This document shows positions 51,489 through 60,987 of a stretch of DNA of 64,000 nt, piece by piece. The position numbers and the translations under genes were made by a program. Position 1 is the first letter of the stretch. The number at the start of each line of letters is the position of its first letter. This DNA is from an uncultured Bacteroidales bacterium. GTDB taxonomy: Bacteria > Bacteroidota > Bacteroidia > Bacteroidales > Bacteroidaceae. Location of the stretch: contig CADCBH010000009.1 in the NCBI GenBank assembly GCA_902799655.1, positions 3,619-67,618 on the forward strand, given 5' to 3'. The notes under the pieces were generated by a model. It was not told where the DNA came from, did no database searches, and was given only the letters and a program-made list of their open reading frames with translations.

Positions 51489-52625
51489 TTATTTTCCTGT
51501 CAAAAGGTCTACCAGGCCCTTGTCCTTGAAGTCATGCTTCTGCTGATCCCAGAAACCGAAATCTGCATCATAACACCAAGTGGTCCACGCAATATTGAAT
51601 TCGTCGAAGACGGTCAGCATGTCCTTCGTCCAGCGATATGCCAGTTCACGGTCGACGGGTTCATAGACACCCCATTCGCCGCAGAACAGTTGGAGGTTGT
51701 ACTTCTTGGCAGCCTCGATGGCATCCTTGAAGTCGGCACGTATGCGGTTGATGTCCCATACATCCGTGGTGTATTTATTCTCGTCGATGACCGCCTTCAC
51801 GGTATCGTTAGCAGCCTCGTAGTCTTCTTTTGACACGAGCACACCCGGGTAGTTCACCTTGCCGGTGTACTTGCCGATAGGTGTCCACCATGCCCCATAG
51901 TGGGTCAGAATCATAGGGTTGTAATAGTGGAAAGAGAGGATGATATTCTTGTCGCCCTCGGGAACCTTCAGGTGCTTGATGGTGCCATAGCTCTGCCACA
52001 TATTAGAACCGATGACCAGTGTGCGCTGTGGCTCACGCTCACGGAGAGCCTTGTGGACTTTGGCGATCAGCTGATTCCACTGCTCGTGGTCCTCAGCGAC
52101 GGGTTCGTTCATGAACTCATAAGCCACAGAGTCGTTGCTATAGCCTTTCAGCACGTCAGACAGCTGATACCACATATCGATAAGGTCCTGTTGCGCCTTC
52201 TCGGATGTAAAGAGGGTGTTGGCATTGGCGCCGTCCTCGTTGACAGCATTGAAATAGTGTGAACGGATGATATGCAGGTCAACGATGGTGCGCAGGTGGT
52301 GCTTCTCAGCCCAGTTGATAGCATTCGTCATCAGCTGCCATGCCTCGGGCAACTTGTTGCCATCCTCATCCCAGAACTGTACCTCGTCGATGGGCAGACG
52401 TACGAAATCGAATCCCAGCGAGTCAAGGCGTGCGAAGTCATCTTCCTGAATATGGTTAAGGCGTGCTTCGCCACGCTCTTCCGACTGTGACAGCCAATGG
52501 CTGACATTAGTACCCCGTTTGATGCGGAAATTGTTAGTTTCAGCCGTCTCAGCCTTACTGGCACATGCTGTCATCACCACTACGGCAACCGCCATCAGTG
52601 CCCATGAAATCATTGTCTTTTTCAT
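51489..52625 (-). CDS. GH5 glucanase/cellodextrinase, lipoprotein
   Basis: Lipobox MTAC; FVRLP, DLH, EFMNEP, FHYY, GEWG; subfamily uncertain. Confidence 0.88.
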   Translation of the reverse strand: MKKTMISWALMAVAVVVMTACASKAETAETNNFRIKRGTNVSHWLSQSEERGEARLNHIQEDDFARLDSLGFDFVRLPIDEVQFWDEDGNKLPEAWQLMTNAINWAEKHHLRTIVDLHIIRSHYFNAVNEDGANANTLFTSEKAQQDLIDMWYQLSDVLKGYSNDSVAYEFMNEPVAEDHEQWNQLIAKVHKALREREPQRTLVIGSNMWQSYGTIKHLKVPEGDKNIILSFHYYNPMILTHYGAWWTPIGKYTGKVNYPGVLVSKEDYEAANDTVKAVIDENKYTTDVWDINRIRADFKDAIEAAKKYNLQLFCGEWGVYEPVDRELAYRWTKDMLTVFDEFNIAWTTWCYDADFGFWDQQKHDFKDKGLVDLLTGK

Positions 52626-52668
52626 TGCTTTCTCTTGTTTTAAGTTAATTGCTTTGCTTTTTACCTTA

Positions 52669-53868
52669 TTATTCCTTTACTTTACCCTCCATGATGCCTT
52701 TCAGCACCCAGGAGTTTTTGACTTTCATGCCACGCTCACGGTCAAAGATGCCAAACTTCTCACCACCGTTGCCGAAGCTGTTATTGTCCCAGACGAAAGT
52801 CGAGAAGCCACGTTTACGCGCCTCGCTGACCAGGAATTTGCAATAGTATGACGCATTCTCGCGCTGCAGATCGCTCTGGCTGCCCTTGGTATGGTCGGTA
52901 ACGCCCCATTCGCCCATCACGATACCCAATCCCTTCGATGCCCAGGTGTCAACCACCTTGTCGAAGAAAGTCGTCATGGTCTTCTCGTCACTGGGCGAAG
53001 CCTCTCCATACTGTTTGTAAGGCTCACCCCAGTAGTAGTATTTGCACTCTCCGGCATAGTCCCATGGGGTATAGTAGTGAAACTCGACACTCATATAGTC
53101 GTTGCCGTTGCCCTCTGCATCGGTAGGGATGATAAAGGCATTGTCATAAAGACCGAAGTCAGGGTTGCAGACATAGGTCTGGACGATGAGGTGGCGCTTC
53201 AGGTTGTTACCACCGGTGGCACGTACCACATCGACGAATGTCTGGTTGTATGAGTTCTGCACGGCAAGATTCTCAGCCTCAGGCTTTCCCCAATTGTCCT
53301 TGATATGCACCTCGTTGGTACCGGCAAAAGCCACACGATAGTCATACTGGGCAAACTCACTGGCGATATTCATCCAGAGCAGGGCGAGTTTCTGATTGTT
53401 TTCATCCTTGTACTGGTAGGTAGGACGCCCTTCGAGCCACTTGTCGTGGTGGGTGTTGATGATGACCTTCAGGTCGTTGCTGAGGCACCAGTTTACTACC
53501 TCCTTGATACGTGCCATCCATGCCTTGTCGATACTCATCGCCATAGGGTTGGTGATATGGCACTGCCAACGGATAGGGATACGGATGGCAGTAAAGCCAG
53601 CCTCTTTGACGGCCTTGATGACCTTCTTGGTTACGACGGGATTGCCCCATGCCGTCTCTGCCTTGATGCTATTGTCGGGCATGCCGATAGCCATGCTTTC
53701 GCCATTCTGCCCGGGTGCCGAGCACTCGAACTGATTGCCGAGATTCCAGCCCACCATGTCCTTGTTCCACTGCTGAGCGGTAGGCTGTGCCCCTGCAGTC
53801 ATCACAGCACCTGTCATGGCCAGCACGACGAGTCGGATGCGTGAGAGAATGTTACTTTTTGTTTCCAT
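52669..53868 (-). CDS. GH5 (GH5_4-like) endoglucanase
   Basis: GWNLGN, ETAWGNP, IRIPIRW, NTHHD, GTNE, FHYY, GEWG, FVWDN. Confidence 0.9.
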   Translation of the reverse strand: METKSNILSRIRLVVLAMTGAVMTAGAQPTAQQWNKDMVGWNLGNQFECSAPGQNGESMAIGMPDNSIKAETAWGNPVVTKKVIKAVKEAGFTAIRIPIRWQCHITNPMAMSIDKAWMARIKEVVNWCLSNDLKVIINTHHDKWLEGRPTYQYKDENNQKLALLWMNIASEFAQYDYRVAFAGTNEVHIKDNWGKPEAENLAVQNSYNQTFVDVVRATGGNNLKRHLIVQTYVCNPDFGLYDNAFIIPTDAEGNGNDYMSVEFHYYTPWDYAGECKYYYWGEPYKQYGEASPSDEKTMTTFFDKVVDTWASKGLGIVMGEWGVTDHTKGSQSDLQRENASYYCKFLVSEARKRGFSTFVWDNNSFGNGGEKFGIFDRERGMKVKNSWVLKGIMEGKVKE

Positions 53869-53900
53869 TTCTGAGATCTTTTGTTAATAGTTTTGCATCG

Positions 53901-53956
53901 CAAAGTTATATGGTTTTCAATTAAAAGGGGTTTGACATCAAATATTTAAGGTCTCA
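53901..53956 (-). promoter_or_regulatory. GH5 operon promoter with degenerate tandem operator
   Basis: TAACTTTG (53901-53908); GGGGTTTGA at 53927 (26-bp offset); degenerate AAGGTCTCA at 53948. Confidence 0.55.
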
Positions 53957-54009
53957 TTCTTCTCAACTGTCAGATAAGAAACGTTTTTGATAGTTTTCAT
54001 ACTCATGGG

Positions 54010-56766
54010 TTAACCGTATTTGGAGGGTGAAACACCGAAATATTTCTTGAAGACAGTACTGAAGTACTTGGCATTGTCGAAGCCAGTGACGGTGGCGGTT
54101 TCAGTAACTGAACGACCGCTACGCAGCAGGCTGGCGGCACGTTCCAAACGGATGACACGGATAAAGTCTTGGGGCGACTTACCCGTAAATGACTTCAGCT
54201 TGATATAAAACAACGTACGGCTCATGGCCATCTCACGACAGAGGCGGTCGATATTGAAATCCGTGTCGGAGAGGTTCTCAACTACAATTCTCGTCACCTT
54301 CTCGATGAATGCCTGGCTTTCGGCCTCATCGACCACTGCAGGAGCCTCCGCTTCATCGGCAGAGGACGGCAGATTCTCGTTGGCAGCTTTCTCGATACCA
54401 TCACCCGTCACACTCGGACTGCTCAGCACCAGTCGCATATATTTGCTGTGCAGCTGATAGACGCGCCATGCGCCATAGAAGGCCAGCACGACCAGTGCCA
54501 CATAGACACACCACATCCACCATGAGTCCCACCAAGGACGGGCTATCACGATAGTCAGCTGCATGGAGTCGATGACAACACCACTGGTACGGCTCACACA
54601 TTGCAGGGTGAGCAGATGCTTGCCAGGTTCCAGATTGGTAAAGCGGATATGCTGTTCGCCTGTGGTACGGCTCCAGGCACCCTTGCCCACCTGATAACGA
54701 TAGACGATATCATAGTGGTTGCGCATATTGACACTCTCAAAGTAGAGATCGAAGGTGCGCTCATGGTAGCCCAGCTGTAGCTTACCCTCGGTGAGCATCT
54801 CATATAAGCGGTCGTTGACAGCCTCATCCTGGTCTTTCGAAAGGATGACGCGCAGCAGATGGAGCTTGGCGGTATAGTCGAGTGGTTGTATATCCTGTGG
54901 ACGAATGACCACACTACCCGTTGTCGTACCGAAGATGATATTGCCATCGGGCAGATTGGCGACAGCACCACGGGTGTACTCGCAGTCAAGACCATAGCAG
55001 TAGTTGACATTAATGGCTTTTGTGAGGTCGTCGGGAGCGATAAAGGCCAGTCCTTCTTCTGTGGCAGCCCAGATGCGACCATCCCTACCCTGCACAAGAC
55101 TGCTGACGTGGTTGGAAGGCAGGCCGTCTTCCTTGGTTATCTGACGGCTCTCGTGCTTGGCGAGGTGATAGACGTAAATACCTCCGCCATCGGTGGCTAT
55201 CCACAATTCCATATCCCGCGACAGCAGATGGTTGACAAAGGGATTCACATCCGTCACTCCCGAGGGGGCATAATTGAGTTCCTTGACGGCACCGGTAGTC
55301 GGCGTGATCAATTGCAATCCGAAGGCAGTACCCACAGCGATCTGTCCTGAGGCCAGTTGGGTAACAGACTGCACATTCTGGATGGGATAGTAGCGCACAG
55401 CATCCTTGGTCTTCTGTAACAAGTCGCCCATCAGACTGCCAACCCACAGGCTACCGTCGCGGTCATAATAGGTGACATAGACGTGATCATCCTTGATGAG
55501 ACCATCGGCAGAGGTATATACCTGTTTCACGTTGGCACGACTGTCGATTTCATAGACTCCTTTACCATAGGTCGAAACCAGCAGGCTGCCGTCGGGTTTC
55601 TTGTAGGCACTGACAGCCACCGTACCCTGACAGCAGTGTTGCCATTCGCCCGTTTTGGTATTCAGGATGCTGATACCATTGTCAGTACCCATCAGCAACT
55701 TGTCATCAGACAACGGCATCACGGTATTAACATGGTCGTTGAGCAGACTCTGACGGTTGTTGGCGATATGCCGATAGATGGCCGAAGTACTGCCAATAGG
55801 CCGTGCGATGTCGATTCCTCCGGAATAGGTGCCTACAACGATATTCTTCCACTGATCGACCAACAGACTGTACACGCCGTTGCCATGGAGCACGCCATAG
55901 GCAGTATCATTGGCATCGAAAAGCAGCGTGCCCTGTCCCATCCCGTCGCGTTGCATCTGGTAAACGCCCTGACCATCAATGCCGATGAGCATGGTATGTT
56001 CGTCATAGGGGCAGATGCTACGGATAGGATTCTGGCGGGTAGCGCCCATCAGTTGTACGAAGGCATCACCCACCACACGGGCTTCATCATCGGTGGTCAC
56101 GAGGTTCAGACCGTTCTCATAACCGCCCAGCCATACCTTTCCCGTCAGCTCATCATAATAGCCGCACTCCACATTATAGGGCAGCAGGCGCTCGCCCTTG
56201 CTGTTGTACACGCCACTACGGGTACAGAAGAGCAGGTGATTTCTCACCCGGATAATCTCATTGACATAGCCACCTTTGAAGAGTTGTTTGACGGTACCGT
56301 CCTTCAGCATCCAGCCTCCGTCGTGCAGGGCCAATACCAGCCCTTCAGAAGTCGGACACACATCATTGAGTGCCACCTGGTTGCCTACCAGTTCTGGCAG
56401 TTTGGCAATACATTCGAAGCGATCCTGACGGGGATTGAAGAGGTATATGCTGCCACGGTTGTCGAAGGCATAGAGCGTCTCATCACCTCCAGCCAACTTG
56501 ATGACGCGACCACCTAAATGGCCATAGGGAGTACCTTCGTTCAGATGGTATATTCTGATGGTAGAACCATTATAACGGCCTACACCGGTTTTCGACGACC
56601 ACCATACAACGCCCGTCGAACTCTGGCAGAGCGAGAAGATGCGCTGGTTGTCCATGCCGTCGTCCTTACCCAAGTGGGTATAGGTGAAGTCCTTCACGCT
56701 GATAGCGAAGGTGCATAGTGCAAATAGCGTTAGTAGTATGGCCGCCAGGCCTCTTCTGTATTTCAT
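54010..56766 (-). CDS. HTCS-like regulator: propeller sensor, Y_Y_Y, TM, AraC HTH; no kinase or receiver
   Basis: GTYSGG/ATDGGG propeller repeats, FTNLEPGKH, RPWW-TM, FNIDRLCREMAMSRT...GFDNAKYFSTVFKK. Confidence 0.85.
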   Translation of the reverse strand: MKYRRGLAAILLTLFALCTFAISVKDFTYTHLGKDDGMDNQRIFSLCQSSTGVVWWSSKTGVGRYNGSTIRIYHLNEGTPYGHLGGRVIKLAGGDETLYAFDNRGSIYLFNPRQDRFECIAKLPELVGNQVALNDVCPTSEGLVLALHDGGWMLKDGTVKQLFKGGYVNEIIRVRNHLLFCTRSGVYNSKGERLLPYNVECGYYDELTGKVWLGGYENGLNLVTTDDEARVVGDAFVQLMGATRQNPIRSICPYDEHTMLIGIDGQGVYQMQRDGMGQGTLLFDANDTAYGVLHGNGVYSLLVDQWKNIVVGTYSGGIDIARPIGSTSAIYRHIANNRQSLLNDHVNTVMPLSDDKLLMGTDNGISILNTKTGEWQHCCQGTVAVSAYKKPDGSLLVSTYGKGVYEIDSRANVKQVYTSADGLIKDDHVYVTYYDRDGSLWVGSLMGDLLQKTKDAVRYYPIQNVQSVTQLASGQIAVGTAFGLQLITPTTGAVKELNYAPSGVTDVNPFVNHLLSRDMELWIATDGGGIYVYHLAKHESRQITKEDGLPSNHVSSLVQGRDGRIWAATEEGLAFIAPDDLTKAINVNYCYGLDCEYTRGAVANLPDGNIIFGTTTGSVVIRPQDIQPLDYTAKLHLLRVILSKDQDEAVNDRLYEMLTEGKLQLGYHERTFDLYFESVNMRNHYDIVYRYQVGKGAWSRTTGEQHIRFTNLEPGKHLLTLQCVSRTSGVVIDSMQLTIVIARPWWDSWWMWCVYVALVVLAFYGAWRVYQLHSKYMRLVLSSPSVTGDGIEKAANENLPSSADEAEAPAVVDEAESQAFIEKVTRIVVENLSDTDFNIDRLCREMAMSRTLFYIKLKSFTGKSPQDFIRVIRLERAASLLRSGRSVTETATVTGFDNAKYFSTVFKKYFGVSPSKYG

Positions 56767-56802
56767 CGTTAGTATTGTCTTGATGTATAGTAGTCAGCAG
56801 TT

Positions 56803-57783
56803 TTATTGTCCACCCAGCCGTGCAAAATAGGCGATGATATCCTCCCAGGTCTTAAAGGTGTCGCTGCCATATTCCAGCAAGGTGGCCATCGTGTCGCCTC
56901 CACCTTTGTGAGCTATCAGGTAGTCGCCATAGAGCAGGTCGCGGCGCCACGTCGTTATCAGATGGCGCCAGGCAGGCACACCGATATACTCTTCCAACCA
57001 GCAGCGCGCCGTAGCTTCTTCTTCAGCCACGAAGTACACCTGATAGTGTTCGATGAGTAGTCTGACAGCCTTTTGTACCGATGAGGCAGGCTGCTGCTCC
57101 CTATTGGTCATACACTCCATACCTATATATATGATGGGACGTTCGCGGTGCTCCTGGCGGTCGTCAATCCAGCGGATGACAGGTACCACGGAGTGCATAA
57201 AGGACTGGTCGTTCATGCGGTGTTCACCATGAAAGTGGAGAGCCTGGGGATACACGCTATGGAACAGGTCGTAAGTATCTACCGTCGTATCCTGGTCGCC
57301 AAAGAGTCCGAAGACACGCTGGCGCTCCTCGTCGGTGACACCTTTGAAGCGCTGCTCCGACTGTTCTTTGTATTCCTTGACGAGGGCTTTGTCAACATAG
57401 AACTCCTGCACGCCGTCCAGACGGGGATTCTGAAATTGTTGGGTACCCGTCATACCATGGGCACGCATCGTCTCGCCCATCTCCAAGGCAGCATTCACGC
57501 AGATGCGGTCGAAGCCATAGAGTTGCTCGGCATACATGCCACCCATCGACGTACCGATAATCAGGTCGGGCTGCTCCTTTTGGCAGATATCCTGCAATAG
57601 CGCCATCGCCTCAGCGGGGTGTACGGGCAGATCGGGAGCGACAACCTTGGTCTGCGGCATCACTGTACGCAAACGGCTGACAGTGCCCGACTGTCCGCTA
57701 CTGGCAAAGCCATGGACATAGAGCAGTGTCTTACCCGCCAACAACTCCGGATATTGTAAAATATATGGATTTTCTGCATTCAT
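56803..57783 (-). CDS. YqiA/YcfP alpha/beta hydrolase fused to degenerate NT5C-like domain
   Basis: YVHGFASS, IIGTSMGG, GEHR; C-terminal RPIIYIGME...DLLYGDYLI...FKTWEDII; ATG 57783. Confidence 0.75.
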   Translation of the reverse strand: MNAENPYILQYPELLAGKTLLYVHGFASSGQSGTVSRLRTVMPQTKVVAPDLPVHPAEAMALLQDICQKEQPDLIIGTSMGGMYAEQLYGFDRICVNAALEMGETMRAHGMTGTQQFQNPRLDGVQEFYVDKALVKEYKEQSEQRFKGVTDEERQRVFGLFGDQDTTVDTYDLFHSVYPQALHFHGEHRMNDQSFMHSVVPVIRWIDDRQEHRERPIIYIGMECMTNREQQPASSVQKAVRLLIEHYQVYFVAEEEATARCWLEEYIGVPAWRHLITTWRRDLLYGDYLIAHKGGGDTMATLLEYGSDTFKTWEDIIAYFARLGGQ

Positions 57784-58002
57784 GACTGCAAAGTTACAAA
57801 AAAACGAGTGAAATGCAAAAGGAAAGTAGACTTTTCTTTTCATTTCCGAGTGCAAAATAAGTTCGGCGAAGACAAAGATACGAAAAGTCGAGAGCAAAAC
57901 AAAAGAATTTATTCTTTTTTTTGCCGAGACAGAGTAACTTCCTGCTCCAGAGGAGCAAAAAGTCACAATTATTTCGTAACTTTGTAGCCAAAATAAAGAA
58001 CG

Positions 58003-58770
58003 ATGGCAATAGATAGTGATATATTTCGCAGGAGCGAACTGCTATTAGGCAAGGAGGCAATGGAGCAAATCGCTCAGAAGCGGGTGATTATCTTTGGTGT
58101 AGGCGGCGTAGGTTCCTGGTGCGCTGAGAGTCTGATACGCAGCGGCATCCAGCAGTTGACAATTGTCGACTTCGACAGCGTGGACGTTACAAACATCAAC
58201 CGCCAGCTGATGGCTACGACGAAGACGGTGGGACAGGTGAAGGTGGACGCACTGAAAGAGCGTCTGTTGACCATCAATCCATCAGCAGACATTACGGCTC
58301 TACAGAATATGTTTACAGAGGAGTCGGCTAGAGAGTTCCATTTGGAAGGCTACGACTACATCATCGATGCCATTGACTCACTGAAAGATAAGGCTGCACT
58401 CATTCTGTTGGCTTGTCAGACAAAAGCAAAATTCTTTTCGTCAATGGGAGCTGCTCTAAAACTAGACCCTACACGCATTCAGATCACAGAGTTCTGGAAG
58501 GTAAAAGGTGACCCCTTGGCTCGTGCCCTTCGTAACAAGTTCAAGAAGGAGAAGCAGTTCCCCAAGCGCAAGTTCCAGTGTGTCTTTAGCGACGAACTGA
58601 TACAGCCAAAGGTTGAGGGAAAAGGGTCTCTCGTCCACATCACTGCCATCTTTGGCTTGATGTTGGCAGGATTAGTCATTCAGGACGCTACGACTTATCA
58701 CAGCCACACTGACGCTACTCGCAAATCAAATCCAACAGTCCCCGATTGTATTTCAACGGCAAAGAGTTGA
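58003..58770 (+). CDS. tcdA: tRNA threonylcarbamoyladenosine dehydratase (ThiF family)
   Basis: FGVGGVGSW, TNINRQ, IIDAIDS, SSMGAA, DPLARALR. Confidence 0.88.
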   Translation: MAIDSDIFRRSELLLGKEAMEQIAQKRVIIFGVGGVGSWCAESLIRSGIQQLTIVDFDSVDVTNINRQLMATTKTVGQVKVDALKERLLTINPSADITALQNMFTEESAREFHLEGYDYIIDAIDSLKDKAALILLACQTKAKFFSSMGAALKLDPTRIQITEFWKVKGDPLARALRNKFKKEKQFPKRKFQCVFSDELIQPKVEGKGSLVHITAIFGLMLAGLVIQDATTYHSHTDATRKSNPTVPDCISTAKS

Positions 58771-58798
58771 GTATCCGATAAATTCCCAATAATCATTA

Positions 58799-58831
58799 AA
58801 TCCCACAGTTGTATCACCCAGCTTTGGGATT
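58799..58831. other. 33-bp palindromic site A
   Basis: AATCCCA-N19-TGGGATT with continued inner pairing and a 7-nt centre. Confidence 0.6.
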
Positions 58832-58878
58832 TAAACTTTTACACCTTCGCTGCGTCATAATAGCAAACAAACTACAAT

Positions 58879-60855
58879 ATGAAACAGCGAATTATTCTAT
58901 TATTTTCTTTGTTCCTCTCCACAGGATGTATGTTCGGACAAGAACGAATGGTGTGTGATGAGACATGTGAAGTAGGTGACGGACAGACGTCGGCAGTACA
59001 AAAAGGTGAAGCGGGCTATGCCGTGGTGTCGCCCGTTGGTCGCGGAACCGTGGAGCCTATCCGTCAGGCACCGCGCCTGCAGACGCTCAACGGAAAGACC
59101 ATCGCCGTGGTAGGCGTGAGTTTCATGAGTCGCGTGACGCATCCTGAAATCAAGCGTTTGATAACAAAGCATTATCCCACGGCGCGAGTGCTACTGCTCG
59201 ACGAAGTAGGCACTGCAGGCCCTTATCCTGCCCCTGGCATCACTCGGCGGGCGAAAGATGATTTTCAGCAACGGCTGCGCGAATTGAAAGTGGATGCCGT
59301 CATTGCTGGCAACGGCGGTTGCGGGCTCTGTACACCGAAGGAGGTGGGCTCGTGTCTGGCGGCAGAGTATATCGGCATCCCGTCGGTCATCATTTGTGCG
59401 CCGGGCTTCACGACACAGGCCCGTTATACTGCATTGAATAACGGTGTACCCGTAATGCGAGTGGCTGAATATCCTGGTGCATTCGCCTTGGACAGCGAGG
59501 ACGTCCTTATCAAAAACACGCGCGAGGTACTGTGGCCACAGATTGTCGATGCCCTGACGCGCCCCATTACTGATGACGAGACTGCTGCGGCGCTGAAGTC
59601 CGCCCGTGGCGACTTGCGCGACGACGTCTTCTTCGGTACGTTGGACGAGGTAAACAATTACTTCGCCGACATGCAGTGGACCGACGGACTGCCTATCGTG
59701 CCGCCTACGTTCGAGCGGGTCAATGAGATGATGCGCTTTACCGACTACCGATGGGACGAGACTGTGGCCGTGCTACCTATAGCCCACCGCAACACGACGG
59801 CGTGGCACGTCGCCGTGAACGGTGTGATGGCCGGTTGTAAGCCTGAACTGATGCCCATCCTCATCGCCCTAACGAAAGCCCTGGGCGGTCCCGACTTCCG
59901 CCGCACGCTGGCCTCGACCCATGCTTGGATACCTTTCTGTTGGCTCAACGGACCAGTAGCACGACAACTGGGCATTGACTGCGGACAAGGTCAGATCAAC
60001 GAGTCGGCAAACATGGCTATCGGCCGTTTCATGAACCTCGCGTTGATGAACCTCTGCGGCTATTACGTCAAGCAAGACCGCATGGGTACCTTTGGCTATC
60101 CCATATCGTGGTGCATGGTCGAGGACGAGGCCGCCTGCCAACGTATCGGGTGGCAGCCTTACCATGTACGCGCCGGCTATCAGGCTACTGACAATACCGT
60201 CACCGCTGCCTCCACCCTACTCTGGGGCAACAACATGGCCCCCTCTACTACCGACCCGCAGCGTATCGCTCAACTCTTAGCCTGGGACATCAGTGAGCGT
60301 TGCCAGTTCGCTCTGGGTAGCGGTCGACAATACACGTTCCGCACCATTCTTATGACCGAACCCGTAGCTGCCACACTTGCCAAGGCATATCCCACGCCTG
60401 ATGCGCTGGAGGCATATCTCATCGAAGCCTCACGCCGACCACTGAAAGAGCGTGCCTTTGCCAACTACTACGCCAATCCAGGCGGTGCCAAGGACGGCGG
60501 TGAGCACAACCTGCGCCAATATACCAGTCACCTGCGTCGATCTGAGAGAGCCGCTCACACCGCCACGCCCGAATGGTACGATAGTCCCAATGCTACCATT
60601 GAGACCATCCCCACTATGCGTCAAGGTATGACCCAGTTCCTCATCACTGGCGATGCTGCCCGAAACAAACTGCAGACCATGCCTGGTGGTGGCTATTCAA
60701 CGGTGAAGATTGAGTTGCCGAAGAACTGGGACACCCTCATGGCCGAGTGCGGTTATCTTCCACTAAACACAATAACCAAAAATGGAAACTACACCTTGTC
60801 ACTCTTTGGCGTGACGGAAGGAAGCATTGGAACGACGTATATTACGAGCAGGTAG
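58879..60855 (+). CDS. Exported UGSC-like CxxC redox-domain fusion protein
   Basis: Signal peptide; GNGGCGLC followed by GIPSV; second module WTDGLPIVPPT..RV, VAVNGVMAGC. Confidence 0.6.
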   Translation: MKQRIILLFSLFLSTGCMFGQERMVCDETCEVGDGQTSAVQKGEAGYAVVSPVGRGTVEPIRQAPRLQTLNGKTIAVVGVSFMSRVTHPEIKRLITKHYPTARVLLLDEVGTAGPYPAPGITRRAKDDFQQRLRELKVDAVIAGNGGCGLCTPKEVGSCLAAEYIGIPSVIICAPGFTTQARYTALNNGVPVMRVAEYPGAFALDSEDVLIKNTREVLWPQIVDALTRPITDDETAAALKSARGDLRDDVFFGTLDEVNNYFADMQWTDGLPIVPPTFERVNEMMRFTDYRWDETVAVLPIAHRNTTAWHVAVNGVMAGCKPELMPILIALTKALGGPDFRRTLASTHAWIPFCWLNGPVARQLGIDCGQGQINESANMAIGRFMNLALMNLCGYYVKQDRMGTFGYPISWCMVEDEAACQRIGWQPYHVRAGYQATDNTVTAASTLLWGNNMAPSTTDPQRIAQLLAWDISERCQFALGSGRQYTFRTILMTEPVAATLAKAYPTPDALEAYLIEASRRPLKERAFANYYANPGGAKDGGEHNLRQYTSHLRRSERAAHTATPEWYDSPNATIETIPTMRQGMTQFLITGDAARNKLQTMPGGGYSTVKIELPKNWDTLMAECGYLPLNTITKNGNYTLSLFGVTEGSIGTTYITSR

Positions 60856-60938
60856 AAGATGCATTAGTCCAAGAATGGATTAAGGAGTCCTATCAACTTG
60901 TGGCGTCAAAGCTACCAAAAACAATACGTTTGAAGTGA
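60810..60938 (+). pseudogene. C-terminal remnant of MmcQ/YjbR family gene
   Basis: KHWNDV..EQVEDALVQEWIKESYQLVASKLPK; N-terminal two thirds missing; overlaps upstream gene tail. Confidence 0.55.
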
Positions 60939-60987
60939 TTAGACAGCGTAATACCTACTTCTGATTAACTTGCTTTTGCAGAACTTT

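Noticed and set aside
58879-60855. Selenocysteine recoding in the UGSC-like gene
   Set aside because: The frame is open with Cys codons at the motif; no in-frame TGA.
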